IMG/VR virus record: IMGVR_UViG_3300025872_000101
Location: 1 to 42,886 of that record
Length of the DNA stretch: 42,886 bases
DNA from: a virus
Lineage: Duplodnaviria > Caudoviricetes
Reading direction: 5' to 3' (one strand)
Translations under genes and position numbers: made by a program
The notes under the pieces: model-generated
What the model was told of the DNA's origin: nothing
The model's input: the letters and a program-made list of their open reading frames with translations, nothing else
Database searches by the model: none
Shown: one piece after another, positions 26,526-35,594 of the stretch
Position numbering within the stretch: position 1 is the first letter of the stretch
How the letters are laid out: each line of letters begins with the position of its first letter

Positions 26526-26858
26526 ATGATCTACAAAATCGCATGCGGCGTACTGCTGCTTGGGGTGATCTTCCTGGGAACGCGGCTCAAGGTCGCTGAA
26601 GACCATACCCAACAATTAATCGAAGACCTCACGGAAAAGCGAGGCGAATGTGTCCAATGGAAGGACAAATACAACAGTCTGAATGCCCAAGTGGATACGC
26701 TCCTAGAGCAGAACACCGAGCTAATGATGGCTAATCAACAACTAATTAATCAAACCCCTGAAACCGTTATTAAATATGTTAAAAAGACTAATGTTAATCG
26801 CCGCGCTTCTGAGCAGTTCGTTCAGTTACTCACAAAGCGTTATGTCATCGAGCAGTGA
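26526..26858 (+). CDS. Spanin-like protein (N-terminal TM plus coiled coil)
   Basis: IACGVLLLGVIFLG followed by heptad repeats; overlaps the next gene. Confidence 0.5.
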   Translation: MIYKIACGVLLLGVIFLGTRLKVAEDHTQQLIEDLTEKRGECVQWKDKYNSLNAQVDTLLEQNTELMMANQQLINQTPETVIKYVKKTNVNRRASEQFVQLLTKRYVIEQ

Positions 26859-27213
26859 TAGCCTGATCTACACTCCTCAATACTTGTTTGAACTGATGGT
26901 CGCTGACTTGGAACAGTGCGACCTGGATCGTATCGAACTGAAGAAAGCCAAGGCGGAACTGGCCATTATCTATGTTGACCTTGCCAAGAGTCAATCGGCT
27001 CGCGAAACCTTGAAGAGCCAAATCAATTCCATGAGTGCTTGGAATGATTCGTTATCTACCGCTAACATGAACATGGCCTTGGAGAACCAGCGCGCGATGG
27101 ACAAGCTTAAGCGGGGTCGCAATTGGTGGAGGTTTGGTAGCTTCTCAGGTTGGTTGGCAGCCGTTGCAGTTCATTTCAACTGGAAAGAGTCTTGGGTCAA
27201 CTTCGGAAAATAG
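26776..27213 (+). CDS. Exported coiled-coil protein with C-terminal hydrophobic anchor (spanin partner-like)
   Basis: Signal peptide MLKRLMLIAALLSSSFSYSQ, coiled coil, C-terminal GWLAAVAV. Confidence 0.5.
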   Translation: MLKRLMLIAALLSSSFSYSQSVMSSSSDSLIYTPQYLFELMVADLEQCDLDRIELKKAKAELAIIYVDLAKSQSARETLKSQINSMSAWNDSLSTANMNMALENQRAMDKLKRGRNWWRFGSFSGWLAAVAVHFNWKESWVNFGK

Positions 27214-28193
27214 CCCTAATCACTGGCATCACAGGTCAGGATGGAGCATATCTGTCCGAGCTGCTGCTGTCCAAAGGTTACAAGGTCCACGGCATCAAAC
27301 GCAGGGCGAGCAGCCTTAATACTCAGCGAGTCGATAAGTTCTATGAGCATCCCGACTTCCATCTGCATTATGGCGATGTGACTGATTCTGCCAATATGAT
27401 GCAGCTGATCAATCAGATTCGACCTGATGAGATTTACAACTTAGCCGCTCAAAGCCATGTGGCGGTTAGTTTTGAAATGCCACTTTACACGGTCAATGTA
27501 GACGGAACCGCGATTCTCGGCATTCTTGAGGCGGTCCGTTTGCTTGGCCTAGATTGCAAGATTTATCAGGCAGGTACCAGTGAGATGTTCGGCAATGCTC
27601 CGGCACCACAGAGCGAGGTGACTCCGTTTCAGCCTTGCTCACCCTATGCTTGTGCCAAAGTGATGGCTCACCATCTGATGGTAACCTATCGCCAAGCATA
27701 TAACATGCACTGCGTGAACGGTATTCTATTCAATCACGAATCGCCTTTAAGGGGCGAAACCTTTGTCACGCGCAAGATTGTGGATGCTGCCAAGGCTATT
27801 TTTAATGGTAAGCAGAATATTTTAAAGCTAGGCAACCTCAATGCCACCAGGGATTGGGGTCATGCCAAGGATTATGTCAGGGGTATGTGGCTCATGATGC
27901 AGCACCCCACGCCCGAAGATTGGATTCTCGCCACTGGACAAGTATGCACGGTCCGCGAATTTACCACGAAGGTCTTTGCAAAGCTCGGAGTCAAGATACA
28001 CTGGGTTGGCACAGGAGCTTATGAGGTTGGAATGGACAACAGTGGCAGGATTCTGGTTCGGGTTGATGAGCGGTACTACCGCCCCAATGAGGTGGAGTAT
28101 CTGCAAGGCGATTCCATCAAGGCTTATGAAAAGCTGGGTTGGGCGCATGAGTTTACTTTGGATGATTTGATTAATGACATGATGGATGCGTAA
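27192..28193 (+). CDS. gmd: GDP-mannose 4,6-dehydratase (start uncertain: TTG 27192 or TTG 27150)
   Basis: ALITGITGQDGAYL, YNLAAQSHVAVSF, SPYACAK, GILFNHESPLRGETFVTRKI, RDWGHAKDYV. Confidence 0.97.
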   Translation: MGQLRKIALITGITGQDGAYLSELLLSKGYKVHGIKRRASSLNTQRVDKFYEHPDFHLHYGDVTDSANMMQLINQIRPDEIYNLAAQSHVAVSFEMPLYTVNVDGTAILGILEAVRLLGLDCKIYQAGTSEMFGNAPAPQSEVTPFQPCSPYACAKVMAHHLMVTYRQAYNMHCVNGILFNHESPLRGETFVTRKIVDAAKAIFNGKQNILKLGNLNATRDWGHAKDYVRGMWLMMQHPTPEDWILATGQVCTVREFTTKVFAKLGVKIHWVGTGAYEVGMDNSGRILVRVDERYYRPNEVEYLQGDSIKAYEKLGWAHEFTLDDLINDMMDA

Positions 28194-29115
28194 AAATGCC
28201 AGGATATATATCGCAGGCCATACAGGCATGGTCGGTTCGGCTTTGATGGAGTATCTGACTTCTAAAGGTTATAAGAACATCATAGTTCCAAGTCAGAAGT
28301 TCGACCTATGCGATAAGAACGAGGTTTGTAATTGGTTCAGGATAGCCAAGCCTGAGTATGTGTTCATCTGCGCTGCCAAGGTCGGAGGCATCAAGGCCAA
28401 CAACCAGCATCGGGCTGACTTCATCTATGATAACCTGATGATTCAAACGAATCTGATAGATGCGGCCTATTTGTTCGATGTGCGTAAGCTCATGTTCCTT
28501 GGTTCTAGCTGCATCTATCCGAAACACTGTCCACAGCCAATCCAAGAGGAATATCTGTTGGGTGGCTATTTGGAGCAGACCAATGAGCCTTATGCCGTTG
28601 CCAAGATTGCAGGCATTAAGATGGTGGAGAGTTATCGGAGGCAATATGGCTGTGACTTCATCAGTGTCATGCCGTGTAACTTATACGGCCCGAATGATAA
28701 CTTCAACATCGAGACAGGTCATGTGATTCCATCGCTGATGCGCAAGGCTCAAACGATGGACCATATCGATGTTTGGGGAAGCGGTAAGGCTCGCCGAGAG
28801 TTCATGCATGTGGATGATCTAGCCGAGGCGATGCACTTTCTAATGTGCAATTATTCCGATGATTTACACATCAATGTAGGCACCGGCAGGGATATGACCA
28901 TCGAAGAGCTGGTGGATGCCATCTGCGAGGTGAGTGGTTTTCGTGGCTCAATCAGCTTCGACAGGAGCATGTCTGAAGGGGTTATGCACAAGCTATTGGA
29001 TGTGCGCCGTATCAACCAGCTCGGATGGGTGAGTAAAATAAATATCTATGAGGGGTTGGAACAGACTTGGAAGTGGTTAAATTTAGCCCATGATAAAGGT
29101 CACATTAGAGTTTAA
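28186..29115 (+). CDS. fcl: GDP-L-fucose synthase
   Basis: IAGHTGMVGSA, AAKVGGI, FLGSSCIYPK, TNEPYAVAK, MPCNLYGPNDNF, WGSGKARREFMHVDD. Confidence 0.97.
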   Translation: MRKNARIYIAGHTGMVGSALMEYLTSKGYKNIIVPSQKFDLCDKNEVCNWFRIAKPEYVFICAAKVGGIKANNQHRADFIYDNLMIQTNLIDAAYLFDVRKLMFLGSSCIYPKHCPQPIQEEYLLGGYLEQTNEPYAVAKIAGIKMVESYRRQYGCDFISVMPCNLYGPNDNFNIETGHVIPSLMRKAQTMDHIDVWGSGKARREFMHVDDLAEAMHFLMCNYSDDLHINVGTGRDMTIEELVDAICEVSGFRGSISFDRSMSEGVMHKLLDVRRINQLGWVSKINIYEGLEQTWKWLNLAHDKGHIRV

Positions 29116-29329
29116 CCTCGCCAATCCTGAGCATAAGAAGGAGTTCATGCGCTATACCAAGAGCTTTGAAATGGCTATCCTTCTGGATAATATTCAGAGT
29201 GGTTTTGTGTTCAAGAATGTTGTCACTGACAAGGATTCCCAAACCTATATAGATGGGGTTGAGGATACGCTTTTGCAGATCAAGACCATGATGAAAGATT
29301 ACGATATCAATGTAAAGGAACTGATATGA
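29090..29329 (+). CDS. Hypothetical protein
   Basis: 79 aa in the operon, MIKVTLEFNL. Confidence 0.6.
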   Translation: MIKVTLEFNLANPEHKKEFMRYTKSFEMAILLDNIQSGFVFKNVVTDKDSQTYIDGVEDTLLQIKTMMKDYDINVKELI

Positions 29330-29595
29330 ATAATCTCGAAATCCACAACATGTTGAGCGAGCATCGGCGCAATGTCCTGCGGTTGCTTGACATTGACCCT
29401 GACTTGAACTTCGCAGAGAAGATGAAGCTCATCGGCTATACCAAGCAGCTCCGCAAGAGGATGGATGACATGGCCGCCAATATCCAATTACAATTCATTT
29501 CCACAGATGCAGATCAGTCAATACATCACGCTGGAGGAAGCGACCAAGAGCCAAACGGCGATACGGTTGGGACTTTCAAACATGCCAGGTCCTAA
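29326..29595 (+). CDS. Hypothetical protein
   Basis: ATGA-coupled; 3' end overlaps the endolysin gene. Confidence 0.5.
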   Translation: MNNLEIHNMLSEHRRNVLRLLDIDPDLNFAEKMKLIGYTKQLRKRMDDMAANIQLQFISTDADQSIHHAGGSDQEPNGDTVGTFKHARS

Positions 29596-29938
29596 AGAGA
29601 TTGAGGCCATGAGATTGGTAGCTTTGAATTGTTATGACCCTCTCAGAAGGTGGTGGAGAAAACCCATTGGAATCAGTTCGTTTTACCGCTGCGAGAAACT
29701 AAATAAGGCCATTGGAGGCAGTAAGACCAGCCAGCATGTTAAAGGCATGGCCATTGATATTGATGCCGACATGCTCCATAACGGCATCACCAACAAGATG
29801 ATTTACGATTGGTTGAAAGTGAATGTGGACTTCGACCAATTGATTTGGGAGTATGGCGATGATTTGAATCCTGCTTGGGTTCATGTGAGTTACAGAGGCA
29901 GGGGAAACAACCGCAAACAATTATTGAGGATAGGATGA
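29507..29938 (+). CDS. Peptidase M15-family endolysin
   Basis: SSFYRCEKLNKAIGGSKTSQHVKGMAID...WVHVSY zinc-binding motifs; start set at MQISQY. Confidence 0.9.
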   Translation: MQISQYITLEEATKSQTAIRLGLSNMPGPKEIEAMRLVALNCYDPLRRWWRKPIGISSFYRCEKLNKAIGGSKTSQHVKGMAIDIDADMLHNGITNKMIYDWLKVNVDFDQLIWEYGDDLNPAWVHVSYRGRGNNRKQLLRIG

Positions 29939-30117
29939 TTGACCCCAAACAAAAAGCCCAGGAGATATTCTTTCTGCACTGGTTCGATACTTATAGTAAA
30001 CTTGCCGAGCAGTCACGCTCCAAAGCATTGGATGAGGTGGATAAGAAAATTATAACGGATTACTCCAATGCTACCTATTGGCAGGAGGTGAAAAAGGTCC
30101 TTTTGACCTTCGTATAG
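29935..30117 (+). CDS. Hypothetical protein (60 aa)
   Basis: ATGA overlap; PKQKAQE...YWQEVK pattern. Confidence 0.55.
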   Translation: MIDPKQKAQEIFFLHWFDTYSKLAEQSRSKALDEVDKKIITDYSNATYWQEVKKVLLTFV

Positions 30118-30646
30118 GCACCATTGCGCCGACTCCCCATTGCCTGGTTGATGGGTCGAAAGTGCCGTAAATCAACACATCTTTTTTGGTCAGATAACCT
30201 ACCGATCCCTGTAAGGATACTTGGTCGGTCTTGGTCACATTGCCACCGACCATGAGCATGGATGGTCGGTTGTAGACATTGGTAATGGTTTTGATTGGAA
30301 TCTTGAGGCGATGGGTCAGCTCACGCGACACTATCTTGTTTTGGCTTATTACCTCTTTTAAGACTATTTTAAGCGTGTCAGTATCAACGGAGTCCAAGTA
30401 TGTCACCTCGCTGAAGAAAGCCCTTAAAACGGCTCCTGTATCCACATTAGATGGCATTGGCTGATTGATGATGTTGATGGGCTGACCGGGAGGAAAGTTT
30501 ATGGTCTGAGGCGGTAGGTTCACGATGACCGTATCCGAGCTGTATGAAGTGTTGCTGAAGCTTAACGCTCCAGATCTGCGCAGGTCGATGTAGATGGCCA
30601 CGAAGACTATCAGGAAAAGCAGCAATATGATTTCTCTCAGTTTCAC
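30071..30646 (-). CDS. Membrane-anchored protein, possible spanin
   Basis: GTG start in GTGA overlap; N-terminal TM IILLLFLIVFVAIYI; C-terminal amphipathic beta strands ending WGVGAMVP. Confidence 0.5.
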   Translation of the reverse strand: MKLREIILLLFLIVFVAIYIDLRRSGALSFSNTSYSSDTVIVNLPPQTINFPPGQPINIINQPMPSNVDTGAVLRAFFSEVTYLDSVDTDTLKIVLKEVISQNKIVSRELTHRLKIPIKTITNVYNRPSMLMVGGNVTKTDQVSLQGSVGYLTKKDVLIYGTFDPSTRQWGVGAMVPIRRSKGPFSPPANR

Positions 30647-31104
30647 TTTAGGATTACCTTGTACATAAGTGAATGACCCATCTGCCTTGTCATGTTGTAT
30701 ATAATGGCATCCCTTACGATATGCTTGAACTTTCCAGAGTTGCCTGGATATGTAACAATGGCGAATGACATGGATTGGTTGGAAAGCATATTGAAGAAAT
30801 GGGGCGCATCGGTGGTCCATACCAGCACATTGGTTGAACCCCAAAAGGCAGGACTCATATCGTTTGGATAGTCCTTGTACTTATTCTCCCAGCTCTCATC
30901 GGAGTTCCACCATTTGGATTTGGCATCGTTCATGTGGAACATGGCCGCATCCCTGGTGCCATCGGCAAGACCGTTGGCGAATGTGAACAGTAGGCTAGTC
31001 TTATGCTCCTTTAGCTTGAAGGATTGGCCTTGAGAATTTAAAGAAAATAATGCCGCCCCTATGATAATCAAGAGGCGGCACGGTTTAACCAAACAAAGAT
31101 TCAT
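30643..31104 (-). CDS. Hypothetical exported/membrane protein
   Basis: Signal-like N-terminus; WENKYK...TDAPH. Confidence 0.55.
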   Translation of the reverse strand: MNLCLVKPCRLLIIIGAALFSLNSQGQSFKLKEHKTSLLFTFANGLADGTRDAAMFHMNDAKSKWWNSDESWENKYKDYPNDMSPAFWGSTNVLVWTTDAPHFFNMLSNQSMSFAIVTYPGNSGKFKHIVRDAIIYNMTRQMGHSLMYKVILK

Positions 31105-31265
31105 AGAATTTTTCTTTCACCCATTCTTATGCCAATGATTCCAAGGGCTGTCAGGATGAGTTCGGTGGCTTTTGTCAAATCACCAGTTTTGTAATAATGT
31201 AACAGGGCCAAGCCGATTAATCCCATGCCTGCCCAGATTGCTTTAGATTCCCACCAATTTTTCAT
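31101..31265 (-). CDS. Putative holin (54 aa)
   Basis: Hand-translated MKNWWESKAIWAGMGLIGLALL...LILTALGIIGIRMGERKIL: two TM segments, basic tail, ATGA overlaps at both ends. Confidence 0.65.
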   Translation of the reverse strand: MKNWWESKAIWAGMGLIGLALLHYYKTGDLTKATELILTALGIIGIRMGERKIL

Positions 31266-31495
31266 TTTAATATGATATTACCTGTTAGAAACACTTGTAC
31301 TGATTCAAGGCGGTTTAAATGCCCTTCTAAATTTACGACTTTTAGAATTGTATCGCAAAAGTTTCTGATGCCGATGGGATCGCCACAGGGTACATAGACA
31401 TCCTTGTAGCCTCTGCCTTCGACCTCACATATGACTGGCTTATACTTTGTCAGCATATAGAGGCCGTTCATTTGTCGAGTCAGATATAATTCCAT
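31262..31495 (-). CDS. Hypothetical protein (77 aa, MELYLTRQ...)
   Basis: ATG immediately after the upstream stop. Confidence 0.55.
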   Translation of the reverse strand: MELYLTRQMNGLYMLTKYKPVICEVEGRGYKDVYVPCGDPIGIRNFCDTILKVVNLEGHLNRLESVQVFLTGNIILK

Positions 31496-31496
31496 G

Positions 31497-31724
31497 TCAA
31501 TGCCTTTGAGATAACTGTGTGCGATTCGCCTCCACCGCTTCCCGAAGCCTGTCGATTTCCTCTTTATGGTTATCGAGCCTGGTATCATGTTTGATTACCA
31601 GCTCATGGACTTTCTCCACTTTGCCTGTTAGCGAGCTGAATTGATATGCGGCTATGCCTAGCAAGGCCCATGTCACAATATTCTTGACCCAGCTTATATC
31701 ATTAGTGTTCCCCTTAGTTGTCAT
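31497..31724 (-). CDS. Single-TM coiled-coil protein (holin/antiholin-like)
   Basis: IVTWALLGIAAY then heptads. Confidence 0.5.
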   Translation of the reverse strand: MTTKGNTNDISWVKNIVTWALLGIAAYQFSSLTGKVEKVHELVIKHDTRLDNHKEEIDRLREAVEANRTQLSQRH

Positions 31725-31972
31725 GGTTGTGGATTGTCAAACCATCCATTGGCTTGCATTTCGGCCTCAGTTTGGAGTAGTGATTGTTCTGATGGATTTA
31801 AGTAGTTAGTTTGATCTTCAGGTATCATCAAAGCGGTAAAAGGAGGCATTGTAGGATGCGTTATCCATCCGTACCAATAGGTGGTGGTTGCTTGGTCGCA
31901 GCCAAGCTCCGTGGCGATTTCATCGCTTCGGTCCATGGCATCCTGAGAAGTGGCGTAGATTAGGTAAAGCAT
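31721..31972 (-). CDS. Hypothetical protein
   Basis: 83 aa coupled to the lectin-like gene. Confidence 0.55.
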   Translation of the reverse strand: MLYLIYATSQDAMDRSDEIATELGCDQATTTYWYGWITHPTMPPFTALMIPEDQTNYLNPSEQSLLQTEAEMQANGWFDNPQP

Positions 31973-33378
31973 TAGATTCCGTAGTAATTTGTAATGTTAG
32001 TTTCAATTCCAACTCTATTTGAAGATTGGTCATTTGCATAAAATATTACTTCTTGTATATATCCTGTGCTGTTAAATCCTGTCGCTATTCCTGATCTTCC
32101 AATCTGATTAAAATTTCCTGCTGATGCATAGGCAGAAATGGTCAATGTTTTTGAAACTCCATTTTGATAGGCTGACAAGTTTGTACTTATATTGAATGAA
32201 CTTAATAAAAGTTGATTTGTACTTGTTTCAGCATAATTACCATATTTGGTCCTGTTTGAAATATAATGCTTACCATCATTGAAATGCATTAATACATAAG
32301 GAGCAGAACTTACATCTGATGTTCCAAAATAAACAAGTCTATTTGAAGCAACTGGCCTTCTACCTACAGTAAAACAAGAATAATCAGTATTACCATTTAT
32401 TGATGCTGTCAATGTAAATAAGTCAGATGAAATGAAATTTACTGCTGGTTTTGAATTTACTAAATCAATTGTTCCTGAATTTACAATTCTTGGCTGATCA
32501 TTTGCAATTGTTTGTAGACCATGATTATTGTTTCCACTTTGATCATACCATTTAGTCACAAAACCGTTACCAAGTCCTACAAAATTTACTATAGCTGATA
32601 TATCAAGGTCAAGACCACTGAATCCTATATCCTGCTCTGTATTGTCAGATGATCTCCTGACCCTTATCGCTGAACCACTATAGGTTGTTGATAATTTACG
32701 CAAGCTATATGCAGCAGATGCTCCAGGATAAATATTAAGTAATGTTATTGGCACCGGTGCAGGCGGCGTTATCTCACATGGTAAAACATTGAATGAAGTT
32801 TCACTTGGAGTTCCAGTATTAAATGTTAATCCACCAAGATTATAAGCGTTGTTGATGGTTACTACATAATTAAAGCCATCCCAAACAGATGTGACATCGG
32901 CATTTGTAGTTCCTAACAATGTATTTATATAGCCTTCTAAAAGAACTTCATTATCTATGTTTATTGAGGCTAATGCTGTTGGTGTAGCTCCACCTAATTG
33001 AAAGAAATCAATAAAACCAAGATTATAACCATAATCAAACCTGGCCTGATAGCAAACATTCTCGCATGAACCACCAAATACAGTTACTTCTCTAACATCA
33101 AATGGGTATAGATTTCCAAATCCATCATCTAATGTAACGGTAGTTGGTTGGGTTCCAATGTAAGATACAATTAGGGATTGACCTCCAGCATTATTTGGAT
33201 ACCAATAATATCCTGATAAATAAACATCAGTTCCATCAATTGTCCAACCTGTCCAATTAAATGCTCCCAAATCCTGAGAGTTTATAACCAGATAATACAA
33301 ACAAGGCTCAACCGATTCGCTCGGTAGCAGCCCGATTATTTGTTTACCCACATAAGATTTGCAGCAATCAATACTCAT
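31972..33378 (-). CDS. Virion protein with C-terminal ConA/LamG-like domain
   Basis: AAYSLRKL...IRVRRSSDN...VTKWYDQSGN...GYIQEVIFY; Pro linker PPAPVP; visibly AT-richer than flanks. Confidence 0.7.
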   Translation of the reverse strand: MSIDCCKSYVGKQIIGLLPSESVEPCLYYLVINSQDLGAFNWTGWTIDGTDVYLSGYYWYPNNAGGQSLIVSYIGTQPTTVTLDDGFGNLYPFDVREVTVFGGSCENVCYQARFDYGYNLGFIDFFQLGGATPTALASINIDNEVLLEGYINTLLGTTNADVTSVWDGFNYVVTINNAYNLGGLTFNTGTPSETSFNVLPCEITPPAPVPITLLNIYPGASAAYSLRKLSTTYSGSAIRVRRSSDNTEQDIGFSGLDLDISAIVNFVGLGNGFVTKWYDQSGNNNHGLQTIANDQPRIVNSGTIDLVNSKPAVNFISSDLFTLTASINGNTDYSCFTVGRRPVASNRLVYFGTSDVSSAPYVLMHFNDGKHYISNRTKYGNYAETSTNQLLLSSFNISTNLSAYQNGVSKTLTISAYASAGNFNQIGRSGIATGFNSTGYIQEVIFYANDQSSNRVGIETNITNYYGI

Positions 33379-33964
33379 TTTTCAGGCAGTTTTGAAGGCA
33401 AGTAACATCGCCTTTGATTTCACAATTAAAGTCAATCGCCACATAGGCGAATCGGTAAACCTTGGTCTCATCCAACAGCACTCCTTTATTCTCAGCCTCC
33501 CAAATCGTGACTGAATCGGTGTCATAACCTGAGACAGCACAGACAACACTAACCGCGTTTATAAGCGTGGCGGTTGACTGCATATCGGACTGAAGCACTC
33601 CAATCAGCTCGGCAGCTATGATGTCATCCACTAGGGGCGAATCCTCCAGCTGCGCCTTGGGAACAGCAACCACCAAGCGAAGTGGGAAAGTAGCCGTGAT
33701 CATCTGAACCGTATCGGTGCAGCTGGTCAGGCGAGTAGCGTTCCTATCAATTTGAACCGATACATTTCCACGCTTGCGGATGTATGCCGTGCCATTCTTG
33801 TCGAAATTCTGGACATCTACATAACCTGCCTTAAAGCCCTTGTAATACATGGGGCGCAGTGTTCCATCGGTACGCTTGATGATTTCGCAATACTCATAGA
33901 CAGTATCGAAATATCCGGTACCCATCAACTTATCCGATATGTCACAAAAAAGGTCGTTTATCAT
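33368..33964 (-). CDS. Putative tail terminator / neck protein
   Basis: Position and size after the neck genes. Confidence 0.45.
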   Translation of the reverse strand: MINDLFCDISDKLMGTGYFDTVYEYCEIIKRTDGTLRPMYYKGFKAGYVDVQNFDKNGTAYIRKRGNVSVQIDRNATRLTSCTDTVQMITATFPLRLVVAVPKAQLEDSPLVDDIIAAELIGVLQSDMQSTATLINAVSVVCAVSGYDTDSVTIWEAENKGVLLDETKVYRFAYVAIDFNCEIKGDVTCLQNCLKNEY

Positions 33965-34542
33965 GCTTTGCCTCCGAATAATTTAGCGAATTCAAATTTA
34001 ATATCTTCAATAAAGTTTTCGACTTCCTGATTGGTCAAAGCGAATATCTTTCCATAGCGAGATTCCAAGCCAGCGACCTTATCGATATTGACATTCCTTT
34101 TCAATTGGACTGCATATTCATGCGGACCTAATTGGGTAGGAGTCGGAACGGAACCATTCTCAAAGTCCGATTTGAGGTCTCCGCTCAGTTCCAGGTTGAC
34201 AAATCCGCCTCCTGATGGTTTACCCAATATAGCCTTGTAATCCTTGTAAGAATCAAGATATACGGTGGCATGAGGCTTGCCGTTCTTGAACTTGGTATCT
34301 CCATTCTTGCCCCTTGGCGTTCCAAGCTTGGAGCCACCAAAAGCCTTCTTGGGATTAAGATAAATGGGATCTGTGGAATTGTATTGCCCTATCTGACCAC
34401 CATCAGCATTGCCGCCTTTGGTGAATACCCTGAGCGAAACTTCCGCCACCGAGCCATAAGATGCCAACCGAAGCGGAACATCATTGGCTTGAATTTCAAG
34501 CAATGCCTGTTTAAGCTTTAGGTTGAACTCTTCAATGGTCAT
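33961..34542 (-). CDS. Putative neck / tail completion protein
   Basis: RVF..G..ADG..IGQY and VNLELSGDL motifs; position after the adaptor gene. Confidence 0.55.
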   Translation of the reverse strand: MTIEEFNLKLKQALLEIQANDVPLRLASYGSVAEVSLRVFTKGGNADGGQIGQYNSTDPIYLNPKKAFGGSKLGTPRGKNGDTKFKNGKPHATVYLDSYKDYKAILGKPSGGGFVNLELSGDLKSDFENGSVPTPTQLGPHEYAVQLKRNVNIDKVAGLESRYGKIFALTNQEVENFIEDIKFEFAKLFGGKA

Positions 34543-35534
34543 GGCAGGGTGATCTTATGTCTGATGGGAGTGTTACACTGGAAGCAGCGGTTATTAGGCA
34601 GCTGCATGTTGCCAAGCCAATTGCTCATGATTTCCTTGTACTTGTTCACATAGAAGCTGTGGCGTTCCTTCAATTGGTCTATGTTGATGGTATGGTGGTT
34701 AGTGGCACGCTCGCCTGAAGTGTTATAGGCAGCATCAGCCACCAGGATCTCGGCGGTCTTATAAGCCAACGGCAGTGCGAGGTTTTCCGCATGGGAACAA
34801 ATCCAACCCATGTGATCGCAAGCGATATCATAGACCAAGCTCATGCCTGCTGAATGATTCAAGCCTGTCACATTATCATCATAGAAAGAACCATTAACCT
34901 CGGCTCCATAGGCTGACAAATAGCTGTTGTTACAGGAAATCTTACCGCAGCAAAGACCCGATTTGATTGGAGTTGTGTACGCTCCTATCCCGGTGGTATC
35001 ATAACCGATGAACAGGTTCAACGGCTGCTTGTCGGAGTAGTATGTTTTATGAAGGTAGCCGCGAGAGATTACTCCAGCGGTTGTGTCGATGTCGATTGTA
35101 TCAAGCAACAGGTTCTGCCTCAAGTCCCAAACTTCCACAGTAACCGTAGTGGTTTGGTCAACAAGAAGGCTTATTTCACCGATACTGACTTTGTAGAATG
35201 TATCGGATTGGTTGAAGCTCATCTCAATTCCGCGATAGTTGCCGTTGCCAGCGATTACGGATTGAGTGCCGTTGTAAATCCCCAATCGATGTGAATCAAC
35301 CAGGCTTTGGGCGTTATATTGCCCTTGGAAATAGTTGTAGATTGTTTGAGACATTTCACGCACGGCATGGTCTACCCTTGCGTTGAAATATTCTTCAGCT
35401 GTGCTGTATTGAGCCGTGATGAAGCTCTCGATATCCGCCAAGCTAACGCCTACATCATCGATGTAAATCGAGCTTTTGGGAGCAGGGGCGTTACATAGGT
35501 CCCTGACTTGTATAAGGTCTTTGAAACACTCCAT
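34539..35534 (-). CDS. Putative head-tail adaptor
   Basis: Directly follows the capsid gene; start moved to MECFKDL because the longer start lies in a terminator. Confidence 0.5.
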   Translation of the reverse strand: MECFKDLIQVRDLCNAPAPKSSIYIDDVGVSLADIESFITAQYSTAEEYFNARVDHAVREMSQTIYNYFQGQYNAQSLVDSHRLGIYNGTQSVIAGNGNYRGIEMSFNQSDTFYKVSIGEISLLVDQTTTVTVEVWDLRQNLLLDTIDIDTTAGVISRGYLHKTYYSDKQPLNLFIGYDTTGIGAYTTPIKSGLCCGKISCNNSYLSAYGAEVNGSFYDDNVTGLNHSAGMSLVYDIACDHMGWICSHAENLALPLAYKTAEILVADAAYNTSGERATNHHTINIDQLKERHSFYVNKYKEIMSNWLGNMQLPNNRCFQCNTPIRHKITLP

Positions 35535-35546
35535 GCGGATATGATT

Positions 35547-35574
35547 AAAGGGAGGAGCCTTTACAGCCCCTCCC
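35547..35574 (-). terminator. Intrinsic terminator after the major capsid gene
   Basis: GGGAGGGGC-TGTAAAG-GCTCCTCCC-TTT. Confidence 0.65.
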
Positions 35575-35594
35575 AATTAATGAATGAAACAGGA

